DNA of 64,000 bases from the NCBI GenBank assembly GCA_036172245.1, contig JAYWIR010000015.1, positions 1,302,001 through 1,366,000 on the forward strand, in the 5' to 3' direction. Below the pieces are notes generated by a model that was given only the letters and a program-made list of their open reading frames with translations, had not been told where the DNA came from and made no database searches. The position numbers and the translations under genes are program-made. The stretch's first letter is position 1. Each line of letters starts with the position of its first letter. Below are positions 62,921-64,000 of the stretch, piece after piece. This stretch comes from Raillietiella orientalis (lineage: Eukaryota).

Positions 62921-64000
62921 TTCCGCTATTCGTGGAGGAGGGAATCTTCCTCTCTTAGCAGAATGTGGCTGGGATGCCACTGCGAGGGGATCCCGTGTAA
63001 TGCTGCGAAGGGAGGAGGAAGGAAGGAAGAGGAAGAGGAGGAGGAAAAGAAATGAATAGCAGCCTGTAGTAGCAGCAGTACAACTGCTATCACCCTCAGA
63101 TTCTTTTTCATGGCGTGTTCCTCCGCTGGTGCGGGCTTCCCTGGATGGACGCTGCTCGAGAACGGGAGTGGCTCTTCCAAACTTTCTTGCTGTCCCAGAA
63201 GTTTCCCTGTGCATCGTGGGGGCTTCAGATTCCTCTGAACCTCCTTCCCTCAGCCGCAGATCAGATGCGGGGATCGAAGAAAGGGAAGCGGACGCCAGAG
63301 GTGCTTACTTGGATCCGGAAGACTCCCGAGGAAGCTTTGCCGCCACGTTTCGCTCCTCCTCCAACGGGGACTCACGGCCTTTGAAAGAGGCAATGCGGAG
63401 GCCGCAGGCACGAGGGCGAACGAAAGCGGGACGGAGGCTTCGCGTAGAGGCGTCGCCCCCCCCTCCCGCAGAATCCGAAGCACCTGCTCCTGCGAGGTGT
63501 GTCTCTTTCCCGGGTCCCCACCCACCCCCCGACCGACCGCTGCTGCCTTTCTCCGTGCTGGGGCAGTGGACGAGCACACGTGGACAGCGGCAGAAGGCGG
63601 AGAGGAAGCAGAGGATTCGGGACCGAGCAGGCGATCCGGAGGCTGGAATTTGGGACTCTCGTTCCCCGTTCTGGCTGTTCTCCTTTCTTGCGGCACCGTT
63701 GACTCCTGCGGAGAGCCAAGGAGGACTCGTGGCACCTCGAGCGCGCCGTAGAGCATCGGGTCACAGCCCCGAATGCGCGGAATATGCGGACAGCCAGAAG
63801 CGCACCCTCCGTGGTCCGCGACAGGGGCTTCAGGAGGCAGCAGGCTTCCTCGTTAACGATGCGACCCAAAGGACCTGAGGTGCGCGACCCGGGTAGATCG
63901 TTCCTGCCGCCCTGCGCAGACCACCCGTCCCTTCCCTCCATGCTCTTGGAGAAGAGGAGGAAGGCCCGCTTGAGATCGGCGCCTGGAGACTTCCGTGTCC

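Overview
GC-rich (roughly 60-65% by eye), CpG-rich, eukaryote-like DNA with strong purine/pyrimidine patchiness, many homopolymer runs and simple repeats. The organism cannot be identified from the window. I found no intact gene I can name, and no rRNA, tRNA or CRISPR array. The long ORFs in the six-frame track are R/P/S/G low-complexity products of base composition. The only protein domain I recognise is a zf-RVT-type CCHC zinc finger from a 5'-truncated non-LTR retrotransposon at about 35.2-35.7 kb. Much of the window seems to alternate between two kinds of sequence. One is multi-kb blocks that look formerly or cryptically protein-coding: D/E codon tracts with 3-nt periodicity and globular-looking peptides, broken by in-frame TAA/TAG/TGA and 1-nt frameshifts. 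The other is short AT-richer islands with TAAT, MEF2 and CRE-type motifs. Directly verifiable structures are a 50-bp nested palindrome (33765-33814), a gap-free 350-bp direct duplication with a 91-bp identical tail, an inverted paralogous pair enriched in synonymous changes, and 50-, 53- and 91-bp minisatellites. The main open question is whether the broken frames are simply decayed pseudogene or endogenous-element DNA (my default reading) or reflect recoding (TAR=Gln/Glu, TGA=Trp, frameshifting). The sequence alone cannot settle this.
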